Under the pieces are notes generated by a model. That model was not told the origin of the DNA. It saw only the letters and a list, made by a program, of their open reading frames with translations, and did not search any database. The position numbers and the translations under genes are program-made. A stretch of 64,000 nucleotides of DNA from a virus (taxonomy: Duplodnaviria > Heunggongvirae > Uroviricota > Caudoviricetes), in IMG/VR virus record IMGVR_UViG_3300032038_000051, positions 12,740-76,739 of that record. The stretch is one strand, 5' to 3'. Positions 34,852 to 43,613 of the stretch are shown in pieces (within the stretch, counting starts at the first letter, position 1; each line of letters starts with the position of its first letter).

Positions 34852-35988
34852 ATGAACGAGAACCGCAAGATGGCGACCGTGCGCAAGGTCGCCGGGACCA
34901 TGCCCATCGAGGGCGCCGACCGCATCGAGCGCGTCATGGTCGACGGGTGGGTGGTCATCGACCGCAAGGACGAGTGGCATGAGGGCGACCTCTGCGTCTA
35001 CCTCGAGCCCGACACCTTCGTCAGCAAGGACGTCGAGCCGCTGTCGTACCTCATGGCGAGGGGCACCAAGCGCATGGAGCACGACGGCGTGGAGTGCGAG
35101 GGGCATGTCCTGCGCACCATCCGGCTGCGCGGGGTCTACAGCGCCGGCCTCATTGCCAAGCCGTCCGACTTCTTCATGTCGCCGGACGAGGTTCGTGCGG
35201 CATACGAGAGCGGCGAGGCGCTCGACGAGCGCATCGGCGTCTGGGAGTATCAGAGGCAGGTCAAGTGCCCCGATGGCACCACGAGACAGGTCTCCAACCC
35301 CTACGACCAGAGCGTCGCGCCAGTCACAGACGCCCAGCGCATCCAGAACTGCGCCGACGTCTGGGACGCGCTCAAGAAGGTCGACGCGTACGCCACGGTC
35401 AAGGTCGACGGCATGAGCATGACCACGGTGCTCGACCCCCGCACCAACAGGTTGCGGCTCTTCTCGCACCACAGGGAGCTCGGCTACTCCGACGAGCCCG
35501 CCGACTCCGGCGCGTCCGACGCCACGAGGGGGCAGCGCTCCTACGACGCCGCCAAGGCGCAGGGCATCGTCGACTTCTGCCTCGGCCATCCGGGGATCAC
35601 GGTGCAGTACGAGCTGACGGGGCCAAAGATCCAGCGCGGCATCACCGGCGGGTTCAGGTGCCACGTGTTCGCCGTGTGGGACATGGCGAAGATGCGCAAG
35701 ATCCCCTACGACGAGATCGTCGAGAGCGGCTGGGACGCCATCGTGGCGTCGCACGTGAGGGTGCTCGACATGAGGGCGTCCGACTACGACACCGTGGCGG
35801 ACGCGCTGATGGCCGTCGACAAGCTGAGCGGGAACGTGGTCAAGGGCAAGCCCGACGAGGGCGTGGTCTTCCACGTGACCGGCCAAGGCTCCGCCGACGA
35901 GTACGAGTGGGCGCGCGTCAGGAACAAGCTGGGCCCGAACGCCGAGTTCAAGGTCGTGTCCCAGCGATACCTGTCGAAGGAGAAGTAG
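34852..35988 (+). CDS. ATP-dependent RNA ligase, DRB0094-like family
   Basis: N-terminal MATVRKVAGTMPIEGADRIERVMVDGWVVIDRKDEWHEGDLCVYLEPDTFV resembles the DRB0094-family start (..HPNADKLE..GW..VVKKGEF..GDL.VY.E.D); nucleotidyltransferase motif I VKVDGMSMT (KxDG). Confidence 0.7.
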   Translation: MNENRKMATVRKVAGTMPIEGADRIERVMVDGWVVIDRKDEWHEGDLCVYLEPDTFVSKDVEPLSYLMARGTKRMEHDGVECEGHVLRTIRLRGVYSAGLIAKPSDFFMSPDEVRAAYESGEALDERIGVWEYQRQVKCPDGTTRQVSNPYDQSVAPVTDAQRIQNCADVWDALKKVDAYATVKVDGMSMTTVLDPRTNRLRLFSHHRELGYSDEPADSGASDATRGQRSYDAAKAQGIVDFCLGHPGITVQYELTGPKIQRGITGGFRCHVFAVWDMAKMRKIPYDEIVESGWDAIVASHVRVLDMRASDYDTVADALMAVDKLSGNVVKGKPDEGVVFHVTGQGSADEYEWARVRNKLGPNAEFKVVSQRYLSKEK

Positions 35989-35990
35989 GC

Positions 35991-36623
35991 ATGGAACGCA
36001 GCTTCGAGGACGCGTTCTTCTGGTCGCTCAAGTACGACGGCTGGGACATGCACGCCGACGCCATGTACGAGTACCTGAGGGACCCGGCGAACAGGGATGA
36101 GTTCGGCAACGTGTGCTTCCCGCATGGCGCGAGCGCGTGCGTCACATACGACGACGTCGAGCGCGACAACCCGAACAGCATCCTGTGGATGTGCCTGGTG
36201 CAGATGTTCGGCGACTGCGGCGCGAGCCCGAGGTACGGCTGGATTCTCCACCCGGACGAGGCATGCGCGTGGCTGCGCAGGAGGCAGCGGGCCACGTACC
36301 ACTGCGGCCAGACGTTGCTCGACGACGGCGGCATGGTCTGGTCGCAGACCGACGAGGACATACGCGACGCCGTCGTCGCATGGGAAAGCACACGCACCGC
36401 CGCGTTCGAGAGGAGCGTCTGGGACGAGATCCACGCCGTCTTCGAGCGGGCGCAGGACAGATGGATCGCCGCATGCGAGGAGGAAAACCACGGCAGGCTG
36501 AGCGACGCGCAGTACGCCGCGTGCCTGAGGGCCTACGCGAGGTCAGTTGGCGACGCGATCCTGCGCGTCTCAATGGGGCTCGATTCGATGGTCGCGCCCC
36601 CCGACGGGACGGCGAAGCGATGA
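35991..36623 (+). CDS. hypothetical protein (210 aa)
   Basis: ORF directly after the RNA ligase. Confidence 0.55.
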   Translation: MERSFEDAFFWSLKYDGWDMHADAMYEYLRDPANRDEFGNVCFPHGASACVTYDDVERDNPNSILWMCLVQMFGDCGASPRYGWILHPDEACAWLRRRQRATYHCGQTLLDDGGMVWSQTDEDIRDAVVAWESTRTAAFERSVWDEIHAVFERAQDRWIAACEEENHGRLSDAQYAACLRAYARSVGDAILRVSMGLDSMVAPPDGTAKR

Positions 36624-36988
36624 GCGCCACTGGACTAGAGGGTCTGCTGCGAGACTTCGCGGCGGCCCTCCTCGGCCGCACGTCGTACTACGACACGGAT
36701 GAGACCGATGTGACGATAGCCGAGTTCATGCCCGAGTTCCTGACGACGCTCAAGCCCGACGGCTCGACCGGCTTCGAATGGCATCTGATGGCCGAGGACG
36801 TCCCGCCGGAGGGCAAGGGCGACTACGTCATCCTTGGCAAGCGCGGCGGTAAATACTACGCGAGCAGCTACAACACGTGGGCCAATGGGGCGGGCTACTT
36901 CTTTGTGCCAAACAACAGAGATTCCTACAAGTACGCGGAGGCAGTGAAGGCATGGGCGGTCATACCGCCACTGGAAGGAAGGGACTGA
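36620..36988 (+). CDS. hypothetical protein
   Basis: ATGA-coupled ORF. Confidence 0.5.
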   Translation: MSATGLEGLLRDFAAALLGRTSYYDTDETDVTIAEFMPEFLTTLKPDGSTGFEWHLMAEDVPPEGKGDYVILGKRGGKYYASSYNTWANGAGYFFVPNNRDSYKYAEAVKAWAVIPPLEGRD

Positions 36989-37068
36989 CGCTAACCCCGT
37001 GAAGCGGGGTCGTGTGCGAAGAGGGACGAGGAGGCGTCAGGCGCGATGAGGTTGTTCTGAAAGGAGAC

Positions 37069-37659
37069 ATGATGCCAGACGACCTGATACCGCTGTACAG
37101 CGACGGCGTTCCGTTCGTCGCGCTGCGCAGCGACACGATGGGCGATCGCATGGGACGCCGGCCGACGCGCAAGGTCGATGTGCCCAAGCCGCTGTGGACG
37201 ATGACGGCGCGGCGTCCACCAACGGAAATGATGCGGTGCCCGTACTGCGGCATGGCGTATGACGGGGCCAAGCACGAAAACTGCCCGCACTGCCTCGCGC
37301 CCAGGACGGTGGAGGAGGGGCCGTGCGACATCCCGAAGCCAACGGCCCCTCCCCCGTACGGGCTGGTGTCCAACAACGAGTGCAGGAGGCTCGGCTTCAC
37401 GAAGCTGGCGACGGACGACGCCTCGTCGCCAGACCATAAGACCTTCGGCGACCTGAATGACAGGCGCGACGCCGGACGCGCGATGGTCGCAAGCCGCGTC
37501 CTATGGGCGTGCACGGCGGTGTCCGCGCTCGCGTTCTTCATGTTGCCGGAGATCAGACCGCTGGCGGCGCTGCTCATGTTCGCGCAGCTCGCCGCGATAT
37601 CGGCATTCGACCGACGGAAGGGGAAGGCATGGACTACGAGACGTTCAAGGACCTCGTAG
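37069..37659 (+). CDS. zinc-ribbon protein with C-terminal TM segment
   Basis: RCPYCGMAY...CPHCLAP ribbon; hydrophobic C-terminus. Confidence 0.5.
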   Translation: MMPDDLIPLYSDGVPFVALRSDTMGDRMGRRPTRKVDVPKPLWTMTARRPPTEMMRCPYCGMAYDGAKHENCPHCLAPRTVEEGPCDIPKPTAPPPYGLVSNNECRRLGFTKLATDDASSPDHKTFGDLNDRRDAGRAMVASRVLWACTAVSALAFFMLPEIRPLAALLMFAQLAAISAFDRRKGKAWTTRRSRTS

Positions 37660-37835
37660 AGGTCACAGCCTCGCCGGAGATGAGGGCCATGCACGTGAAC
37701 GTCGTCATCAGCGTGAGGATGAACCAGACCGACCTGTGCAGGCCGGAGAACGTCGACGATATGACCGAGCGACTCACGAGGCGCTTGTACAAGCGGTTCT
37801 GCGAGAGGCTCGGCATCGAACCGGAGGAGGAGTGA
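37629..37835 (+). CDS. hypothetical protein
   Basis: ORF with RBS. Confidence 0.45.
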   Translation: MDYETFKDLVEVTASPEMRAMHVNVVISVRMNQTDLCRPENVDDMTERLTRRLYKRFCERLGIEPEEE

Positions 37836-38179
37836 TGAAGACACTGAAGGCGCCCGAGAGCGTCGTGTACGACTACGTCGCATCCTACGCGAGGGCGAAC
37901 GGCAGGGGGCCGACGTACAGGGAGATTGCGCACGCCCTCTCGGTGGGCACGACGACCATCAAGAAGAGGATAGACGCGCTGTCCGCGCAGGGCCTCGTCG
38001 AGCTGCCGAGGTGCGGCCCGAGGACGGGCGTGATGCCGTCCCCGAGGCCGTCGCACCCGGTCGAGACGGGCGTCGTCGACGGATGCCGCTCCATGCGGTG
38101 CGACGCGTGCGGCGGCGAGTACGTGATGGGCGCGTCGAGGTACCTGCTGTGCCCGATGTGCGGCACGCAGATAGCATGA
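37835..38179 (+). CDS. LexA-type winged-HTH DNA-binding protein with C-terminal zinc ribbon
   Basis: YDYVASYARANGRGPTYREIAHALSVGTTTIKKRIDALSAQGLVE resembles the LexA N-terminal DNA-binding domain; CDACGG...CPMCG. Confidence 0.55.
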   Translation: MKTLKAPESVVYDYVASYARANGRGPTYREIAHALSVGTTTIKKRIDALSAQGLVELPRCGPRTGVMPSPRPSHPVETGVVDGCRSMRCDACGGEYVMGASRYLLCPMCGTQIA

Positions 38180-38221
38180 CGATTGGAGGAGCATCATGGT
38201 TTCCAGGGACGGTGACGCCCG

Positions 38222-38539
38222 ATGAGCGGGAGGGCTGCGCCCCAGACCCCGAAGCGCGTGTCGGCGGCGAGGAGCAGGCGCGCGAGGAGGCGCCGCAGGG
38301 CGAAGGAGCGCGACGCCGAGCGACGCAGGCAGGTCATCGCGCGGTACGGGCAGGAGGCGTACAGCTCATGCGCCAAGAAGAGGCGATACGCGTCCGAGAC
38401 CGCCGCGAGCATGGCCGCGGCGCACTGCGAGCACGAGCGCGGCGAGCCGCTGAGGTACTACAAGTGCAGGTACTGCGGAGGGTACCACCTCACGCACACG
38501 GCGAAGGGAGAATGGGGTGCCGATGGCCAAGGACGCTAG
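38222..38539 (+). CDS. basic zinc-binding hypothetical protein
   Basis: Arg-rich N-terminus; HCEHE...CRYCGGYH. Confidence 0.4.
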   Translation: MSGRAAPQTPKRVSAARSRRARRRRRAKERDAERRRQVIARYGQEAYSSCAKKRRYASETAASMAAAHCEHERGEPLRYYKCRYCGGYHLTHTAKGEWGADGQGR

Positions 38540-38735
38540 GGAAGGATACGCAGACGGGAGGCTCAAGGTGATGGCGTGGCGCATGAACATGGGCGGCATT
38601 GATAGGTCCGAGATATGCAGGATGCTGGACCGCCCCATGCCGACCGTGAACAACTGGGTGTCGGAGGTCGACTCCGCCGTGCGGGCCGTCCTAAACGCCA
38701 TAGCGAGCGGCACCGTGAGGGGCTGGTCGAAATGA
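38523..38735 (+). CDS. small HTH protein
   Basis: ICRMLDRPMPTVNNWVSE HTH-like segment. Confidence 0.4.
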   Translation: MAKDAREGYADGRLKVMAWRMNMGGIDRSEICRMLDRPMPTVNNWVSEVDSAVRAVLNAIASGTVRGWSK

Positions 38736-39223
38736 GGCCGTCCGACGTGTTCGAGTGCGCGCGTGAGTCCGCCATCAGGATTCACGAGATAGACGACGAG
38801 TTGGAGACGCTGAGGAGCAGGGTCGGGGGGCAGGGGACGGGCTTCGGCACGTCGATCTCCCACAGCACGGTGCTCGACCCGACGCGCAGCCTCGACGACC
38901 TGATGGAGAGGGAGCCCGTGCTGGAGGCGGAGCGGGCGGAGTGCTCCGGCGACGTGGAGGACGCATGGGTGCTCATAACCGGCCTCGAGGCCGGCGGCAA
39001 GCGCGACTACGCCGACATGCTCGCTAGGTTCTACGTCTACGCTCACGACGAGGAGAAGGTGGCGACCGACACCGTCATGGTCATGGCCGCGATGAGGGGC
39101 GACGACGTGCCGCTCGAGCGGGCCGTGCGCATGTGCGGCGCCATGAGGAGAGGGGCACTGCGATACTGCGACAGGGTCGGTATCGCCAAGCTGAGAGGAG
39201 ACGCGCTATGCCACTCAAGGTGA
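38732..39223 (+). CDS. hypothetical protein
   Basis: ATGA-coupled ORF. Confidence 0.5.
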   Translation: MRPSDVFECARESAIRIHEIDDELETLRSRVGGQGTGFGTSISHSTVLDPTRSLDDLMEREPVLEAERAECSGDVEDAWVLITGLEAGGKRDYADMLARFYVYAHDEEKVATDTVMVMAAMRGDDVPLERAVRMCGAMRRGALRYCDRVGIAKLRGDALCHSR

Positions 39224-39837
39224 TAGACGGCGGGACGCCGAAGGATGCGGGCGGCAGGTACGGGAAGGTCGCCATACTAGCGACCGGCGACGCGTTCGGC
39301 GCCGTCACGTCGTACCGGGAGGCCGTCGAAAGGCTGGGCCGCGGCGAGTCGTTCCTGACGACGCAGGTCGCGCTCCTGGCGCACCCGGCGATAAAGAGGT
39401 ACGGCCTCGTGGAGATACACGGCGACACCGGCGTCGTCCGCCTGCGCAGGGACGGCGGCCTCTACGTGGTCGAGCCGAGGCAGAAGATCCAGGTGAGGGC
39501 GTCGAGGAACCTGCTCTCCCTCTGGACGTCCGGCGCGCTGGTCGGCGACGGCACGCACCCGTACGAGACGCAGTGGCCCCCGACGAGACTGATGGGCACG
39601 ATGGCCGAGACCGAGGTGATGGTGCGCAGGTTCTTCGACTCCCAGAGGGCCCTCATGAGGGGCGGTGGCGACGGGTCGAAGGCCGACCTCGTCGAGAGGG
39701 TCGTGTACCAGACCGAGCTCCGCATCCTCGACGCCGTCGCCCCGCAGAGGGCGAGGCCGGAGCTCGCCGCAGACGTCGCCTTCATGGACGCCGAGCGGAA
39801 GTACGCCCACGCCGTGCTTGGCGACGCAACCAAATAA
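39208..39837 (+). CDS. hypothetical protein
   Basis: ORF. Confidence 0.5.
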   Translation: MPLKVIDGGTPKDAGGRYGKVAILATGDAFGAVTSYREAVERLGRGESFLTTQVALLAHPAIKRYGLVEIHGDTGVVRLRRDGGLYVVEPRQKIQVRASRNLLSLWTSGALVGDGTHPYETQWPPTRLMGTMAETEVMVRRFFDSQRALMRGGGDGSKADLVERVVYQTELRILDAVAPQRARPELAADVAFMDAERKYAHAVLGDATK

Positions 39838-39935
39838 ACATAAACCATTTATATCGAAACGAACCCTAGAACGCCACCTCAGCTGGGGTACAATTGCATG
39901 ACGACACGCACGTTAACCCACGGGAGGGGCGAAAG
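39838..39935 (+). promoter_or_regulatory. AT-rich intergenic patch, candidate promoter
   Basis: GC drop (aaacataaaccatttatatcgaaacg) upstream of the gene at 39936. Confidence 0.3.
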
Positions 39936-40316
39936 GTGATTCTCAAGTGCAAGGAGACCTTCGAGGGCGGGATACGCCACCGCGAGACCATCGAGTACGG
40001 CGAGCTGTACATGAAGTCGAGCTACTTCCAGACCCACGGCGGGTACGAGTACGTAGACATGTGCAGGTTGAGGGAGGACGGCACGCTCGACCACGCGATT
40101 CCGGTGCCGATAGACAGGCTCGCCGACTGCTTCGACACGGTCCCGCTGTTCGAGTGGGAGGTCGAGAAGCCTGAGCCGGAACCAGAACCCGAGCCCGTAG
40201 AGCCCGACCCGGAGCCGGTCGAGCCGGACCCGGAGGAGCCGGAGCCTGGTGGCGGCGAGGACGGCGGAAGTACAGCTGAAAATGAAAACACCACAGAAAA
40301 TATGCAGAATGGCTAG
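39936..40316 (+). CDS. hypothetical protein with PEPEPEP low-complexity repeat
   Basis: GTG start after GGGAGGGG RBS; PEPEPEPEPVEPDPEPVEPDPEEPEP tract. Confidence 0.5.
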   Translation: MILKCKETFEGGIRHRETIEYGELYMKSSYFQTHGGYEYVDMCRLREDGTLDHAIPVPIDRLADCFDTVPLFEWEVEKPEPEPEPEPVEPDPEPVEPDPEEPEPGGGEDGGSTAENENTTENMQNG

Positions 40317-40407
40317 GTATTTCTGCTAGAATATGCATTGCGCCGGTGCCAAACACAGACCAAGCCCCACCGGCGCGCCCGTTCTTCACCGTCACGAAGG
40401 GACACGC

Positions 40408-40893
40408 ATGCCTGAAACCGATTTGCGAGCGCCGTGGGTAAACAAGGCCAAGGAAGTCGCCGGCCTTTTCGAGTACGACGACGAGGTCGAGGTCGAGTAC
40501 GAAGAGGAAGGCCCGACCGTCGTGCTCAATGTGGACAACCCCATCAAGGCAGAGTACTTGGGCAGGTGCATGCCCGAGGCGTACACCTTCGGCAACGTCG
40601 AGCTCGGCGTGAAGATCGTCCCGAGCAACGACGAGCCGACCATTGGGCAGATCATAAAGGCCGCGTTCATCGGCAACCCCGTGCTGTCCGACGTCGTGGT
40701 CGACCCGGAGCACGCCGCCGAGTACGCGCTCTTCCTTCCCGAGGTCTTCCAGTACGATTCCGACGACATCTCGTCCGCGTACGGCATTGCCACCAAGACG
40801 TACGAGGACGTCGCGAAGGGGGTTCTCGCCGTAGAGGCGGGGACGTTCATCTGCAGCGACGTGCTCGAGGAAGTCTTCGTCCCGCTCGACTAG
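40408..40893 (+). CDS. hypothetical acidic protein
   Basis: ORF; last CDS before the tRNA cluster. Confidence 0.55.
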   Translation: MPETDLRAPWVNKAKEVAGLFEYDDEVEVEYEEEGPTVVLNVDNPIKAEYLGRCMPEAYTFGNVELGVKIVPSNDEPTIGQIIKAAFIGNPVLSDVVVDPEHAAEYALFLPEVFQYDSDDISSAYGIATKTYEDVAKGVLAVEAGTFICSDVLEEVFVPLD

Positions 40894-40977
40894 CGTCGGG
40901 CTCCCGCCGACAGGGGCGGTGGCTTCGCAGGGCCCGAAATCTGCGTGTCGGGGAGCCTGTCCGACCCCCGACGGCAT

Positions 40978-41052
40978 CGCGGGGTAGAGTAACGGTCACT
41001 CGGCAGCCTCATGAGCTGCTACATGCCGGTTCGAGTCCGGCCCCCGCGACCA
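40978..41052 (+). tRNA. tRNA-Met (anticodon CAT), elongator-type or Ile2-like
   Basis: Cloverleaf folded by hand: acceptor CGCGGGG/CCCCGCG, D stem GAGT/ACTC, anticodon stem GCAGC/GCTGC with loop CTCATGA, T arm GCCGG-TTCGAGT-CCGGC, encoded CCA; C1-G72 paired; G at position 37 is unusual. Confidence 0.7.
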
Positions 41053-41053
41053 A

Positions 41054-41129
41054 GCCCGAGTAGCTCAGCTGGCAGAGCGGCTGCCTAGTAAGCAGCGGGT
41101 CACGGGTTCGATTCCTGTCTCGGGCTCCA
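41054..41129 (+). tRNA. tRNA-Thr (anticodon AGT)
   Basis: Acceptor GCCCGAG/CTCGGGC, D stem GCTC/GAGC, anticodon stem GCTGC/GCAGC with loop CTAGTAA, T arm ACGGG-TTCGATT-CCTGT, encoded CCA. Confidence 0.65.
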
Positions 41130-41143
41130 TGTCACACCCGTAC

Positions 41144-41231
41144 GGAGGCGTGGCAGAGCGGCAATGCAGCTCCCCGCTAAGGAGTACACGTCCGCCGACG
41201 TGCGTAGGTTCGATCCCTACCGCCTCCGCCA
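41144..41231 (+). tRNA. tRNA-Ser (anticodon GCT), type II with long variable arm
   Basis: Acceptor GGAGGCG/CGCCTCC, 3-bp D stem, anticodon stem GCTCC/GGAGT with loop CCGCTAA (C at position 33), long variable arm ACACGTCCGCCGACGTGCGT, T arm AGG(T)TCGATCC, encoded CCA. Confidence 0.65.
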
Positions 41232-41236
41232 TGAAC

Positions 41237-41310
41237 AGGCCCTTGATGTAACGGCAGCATGACGGTCTCCAAAACCGTCCGTGGGGGTTCGAGTCCCTCA
41301 GGGCCTGCCA
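41237..41310 (+). tRNA. tRNA-Trp (anticodon CCA)
   Basis: Acceptor AGGCCCT/AGGGCCT, anticodon stem ACGGT/ACCGT with loop CTCCAAA, T arm GGGGG-TTCGAGT-CCCTC, encoded CCA. Confidence 0.7.
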
Positions 41311-41450
41311 TCTTTCTCACCACACCATCAGCATCGCTGCGCCTCGTCTCCATGGCGGAGAATGGCTTCGGAACGCTGATCGACGAGATAGAGCTGGTCG
41401 AGCTGTAGGCGTACGGAATGGCGGACCGCCCACCTTATTTGGAGGATGAG

Positions 41451-42149
41451 ATGGCATACGTGATCCACGACTGTGACGACTGTCCGCTTGACTGCGTGGG
41501 CGAGCGCGAGTGGTGCCCGATGAGGCGGTTCTTCATTGGCAAGCCCGTCGTGTTCATCGCGTACAAGGAGTACTGCGACGACTACCTCGACACGCATGAG
41601 AGCGACGCCCGCGCGTTCGACAGCTTCGACGACGCCAAGAGGTTCATCGAGAAGCAGCGGATGGTGGCGGTCGAGGTCCCGCCCCAGAGCTACGTGCGCA
41701 GTGACAAGCTCATGACGATGCTGTGGTACGACCACGACTCGGAGGTGTTCGAGGACGCGCATGAGCCGGTGTACATTCCGTTCGCCGACGGTTCGCGCGA
41801 AATGCTCGACCCGCCCGACGAGTTCGACCCAGAGATCGCGAGGTGCGTGGCGAGCGGCATGGACGCACGTCAGGCGTACACCTCGAACATCCTCTCGCCG
41901 CACGCGAAGTACTTCCACTATGACCGCATGGTCAGGTGGTACAGGCGCTCCGACGTGACCGACACGGCGGTCGCGACGTTCAGTCTGGTCGGCGACCCGT
42001 ACGTCGGCGACGGACGCGAGCTCGGAAGGCGCGTGATATGGCACGCGTACCCGTATGTCATCGACAGGTGGGGCGAGCGCGCGGAGGTGCGATGGCCGAG
42101 GTTCTGGTGGTCCATATCGGTCGTCGAGTTCGGAGAAAAACTTACTTGA
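41451..42149 (+). CDS. hypothetical protein (232 aa)
   Basis: ATG after GGAGGATGAG RBS; N-terminal CDDCPLDC cluster. Confidence 0.55.
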   Translation: MAYVIHDCDDCPLDCVGEREWCPMRRFFIGKPVVFIAYKEYCDDYLDTHESDARAFDSFDDAKRFIEKQRMVAVEVPPQSYVRSDKLMTMLWYDHDSEVFEDAHEPVYIPFADGSREMLDPPDEFDPEIARCVASGMDARQAYTSNILSPHAKYFHYDRMVRWYRRSDVTDTAVATFSLVGDPYVGDGRELGRRVIWHAYPYVIDRWGERAEVRWPRFWWSISVVEFGEKLT

Positions 42150-42291
42150 TTTGGCCCCATGACGCCCGGATGGGCCGCGAGACGCGGCTCGGGGGCGAGT
42201 TTCGGGGCATGGAGACGGCCCGACCGGGCCAAAGACGGTGCCGAGACGCCCCAAATCGGGCTCTCAAGGCGAAAACGCGCTCATTAAGCGC

Positions 42292-42350
42292 GAAAAAGGC
42301 CCCTCCGACGTCAAATCGACGCCCCGGAGGGGCCTTGTGGGTGATTTTCC
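42292..42350 (+). terminator. hairpin terminator candidate
   Basis: GGCCCCTCCG...CGGAGGGGCC 10-bp stem followed by TTGTGGGTGATTTT. Confidence 0.45.
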
Positions 42351-42497
42351 AGGCAAAAACGCGTCGAGACGCTGGTTTGGAGGCAGAAATGGCCGACAAG
42401 GAGGCCCTCCTCGCCGTCGTGAGGGCCGAGTTGGGCGTCAGGTACCGCTCAATCAACTACGGGGACGCGATTGGCACACTTCATGAGGGGGATTGGC

Positions 42498-42737
42498 ATG
42501 GAAACACCAAGGGAGACGTTCAAAAAGCAGACGGAGGACGCGCTGGGCATGTGCGCGACGTACTTGGAGGCCAACAAGGGCAGGCTGGCGGACCAGCTGT
42601 GCGCGATGCCGTCCAAGGGATGGTCCATCGAGTTCCGTGCGGGCGACGACGGCATCTTCCCGTACGTCGAGGTCCTACTGAGGCAGCAGAACGTGGACAT
42701 GATCAACGCCTACATGTCGGCGGGACTGCCCGCCTGA
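42498..42737 (+). CDS. hypothetical protein (79 aa)
   Basis: Balanced composition; an upstream ORF in another frame (from ATG 42389, good RBS) could fuse to it via a frameshift. Confidence 0.4.
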   Translation: METPRETFKKQTEDALGMCATYLEANKGRLADQLCAMPSKGWSIEFRAGDDGIFPYVEVLLRQQNVDMINAYMSAGLPA

Positions 42738-42851
42738 GTCATTCTGACACCCGGCGTGCGCGTTTGCGGGTGTTTGGACGTCCGTGGCGTGAAAACGGCT
42801 ACAATCTATGCGAGAGCGGCCCAGACGGGCACTTGACGGGAGGATGGGCGC

Positions 42852-43487
42852 ATGGCGTTCGAGGATTTCAAGAGAAACGTGGCGGTGGAACATGAAAGGA
42901 CGTTCGACGAGTTCACGAATCAGTACGTCGAGCACGCGAGGGCCACGTACACGATGCGTGCGGGGGCCAAGGCACGCGTGAGCGGCCACGTGTACGACCT
43001 CGACGGCTCGGTGGGAGTCATGAGGGACATGCTCGAGCGGAACGCGCTCGAGCTCCTTTGGAACGGCGTCCGAGAGCAGTGCGACGCCCCCGCGGCCAAG
43101 GCGACGCGGTACGACGACGCCGTGGGGACGATCAAGCGCATGGCGGAGTCCGTGATGGCCGTGTCGTACAGGTACCCGTGGGTCATCAGCCGGAACATGT
43201 ACGAGGACTACGTCGACGCGCTCCGCTGCGTCGGGCTCATAGGCGACGACGAGCGCCTGAGGCTGATCCTCGGGTACCACAATCTGATTCTCGGGTACGA
43301 CGCGTCCGCGAGGCTCCCCGACGTGGCCTTGGACGACTTGGGCCGCGTCGACTGGAAGGCGAACGGGTGGCCCGAGCCGACTCCGTTCTTCTGGGAAGTC
43401 GACACGTCGATGATGCCCGAGCCGGTGCGCGACTACTGGGAGGAGACGTCTCGGGGCGCGGAGGAGGCGTACTCCAACCAGCCATGA
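42852..43487 (+). CDS. hypothetical protein (211 aa)
   Basis: ORF with GGAGGATGGG RBS; last rightward gene. Confidence 0.6.
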   Translation: MAFEDFKRNVAVEHERTFDEFTNQYVEHARATYTMRAGAKARVSGHVYDLDGSVGVMRDMLERNALELLWNGVREQCDAPAAKATRYDDAVGTIKRMAESVMAVSYRYPWVISRNMYEDYVDALRCVGLIGDDERLRLILGYHNLILGYDASARLPDVALDDLGRVDWKANGWPEPTPFFWEVDTSMMPEPVRDYWEETSRGAEEAYSNQP

Positions 43488-43544
43488 GCACGAACGTTGG
43501 TGACGCGTACCTTTCCGGCATCTAGCAAAACTCGTATGCAAAGC

Positions 43545-43591
43545 AAAAAGCCCCCACGCTCCCGATGATGGGAACGTGGGGGCTTTTTTCA
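43545..43591. terminator. bidirectional rho-independent terminator at the strand switch
   Basis: AAAAAGCCCCCACG...CGTGGGGGCTTTTTT: 9-bp GC stem with an A-tract on one side and a T-tract on the other; convergent genes on either side. Confidence 0.7.
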
Positions 43592-43613
43592 TGCCGGTCT
43601 CGTCGCTGTTATC

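Noticed and set aside
40168-40260. Possible CRISPR-like direct repeats (PEPEP tract) and other short repeats
   Set aside because: The repeats are in-frame codon repeats inside a CDS, with no spacer/repeat architecture and no cas genes. No CRISPR array is present in the window.
40978-41310. tRNA cluster as a prophage attachment site or genome end
   Set aside because: There are four different tRNAs in tandem with phage genes on both sides in the same orientation and no integrase. This is more consistent with phage-encoded tRNAs than an attB/attP junction.
42389-42895. 169-aa ORF in frame 2 starting at ATG 42389 with a good RBS
   Set aside because: Only the first ~40 residues look protein-like; the remainder is Arg/Gly-rich GC-frame noise. 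I kept the overlapping 42498..42737 frame instead and noted a possible frameshift fusion.
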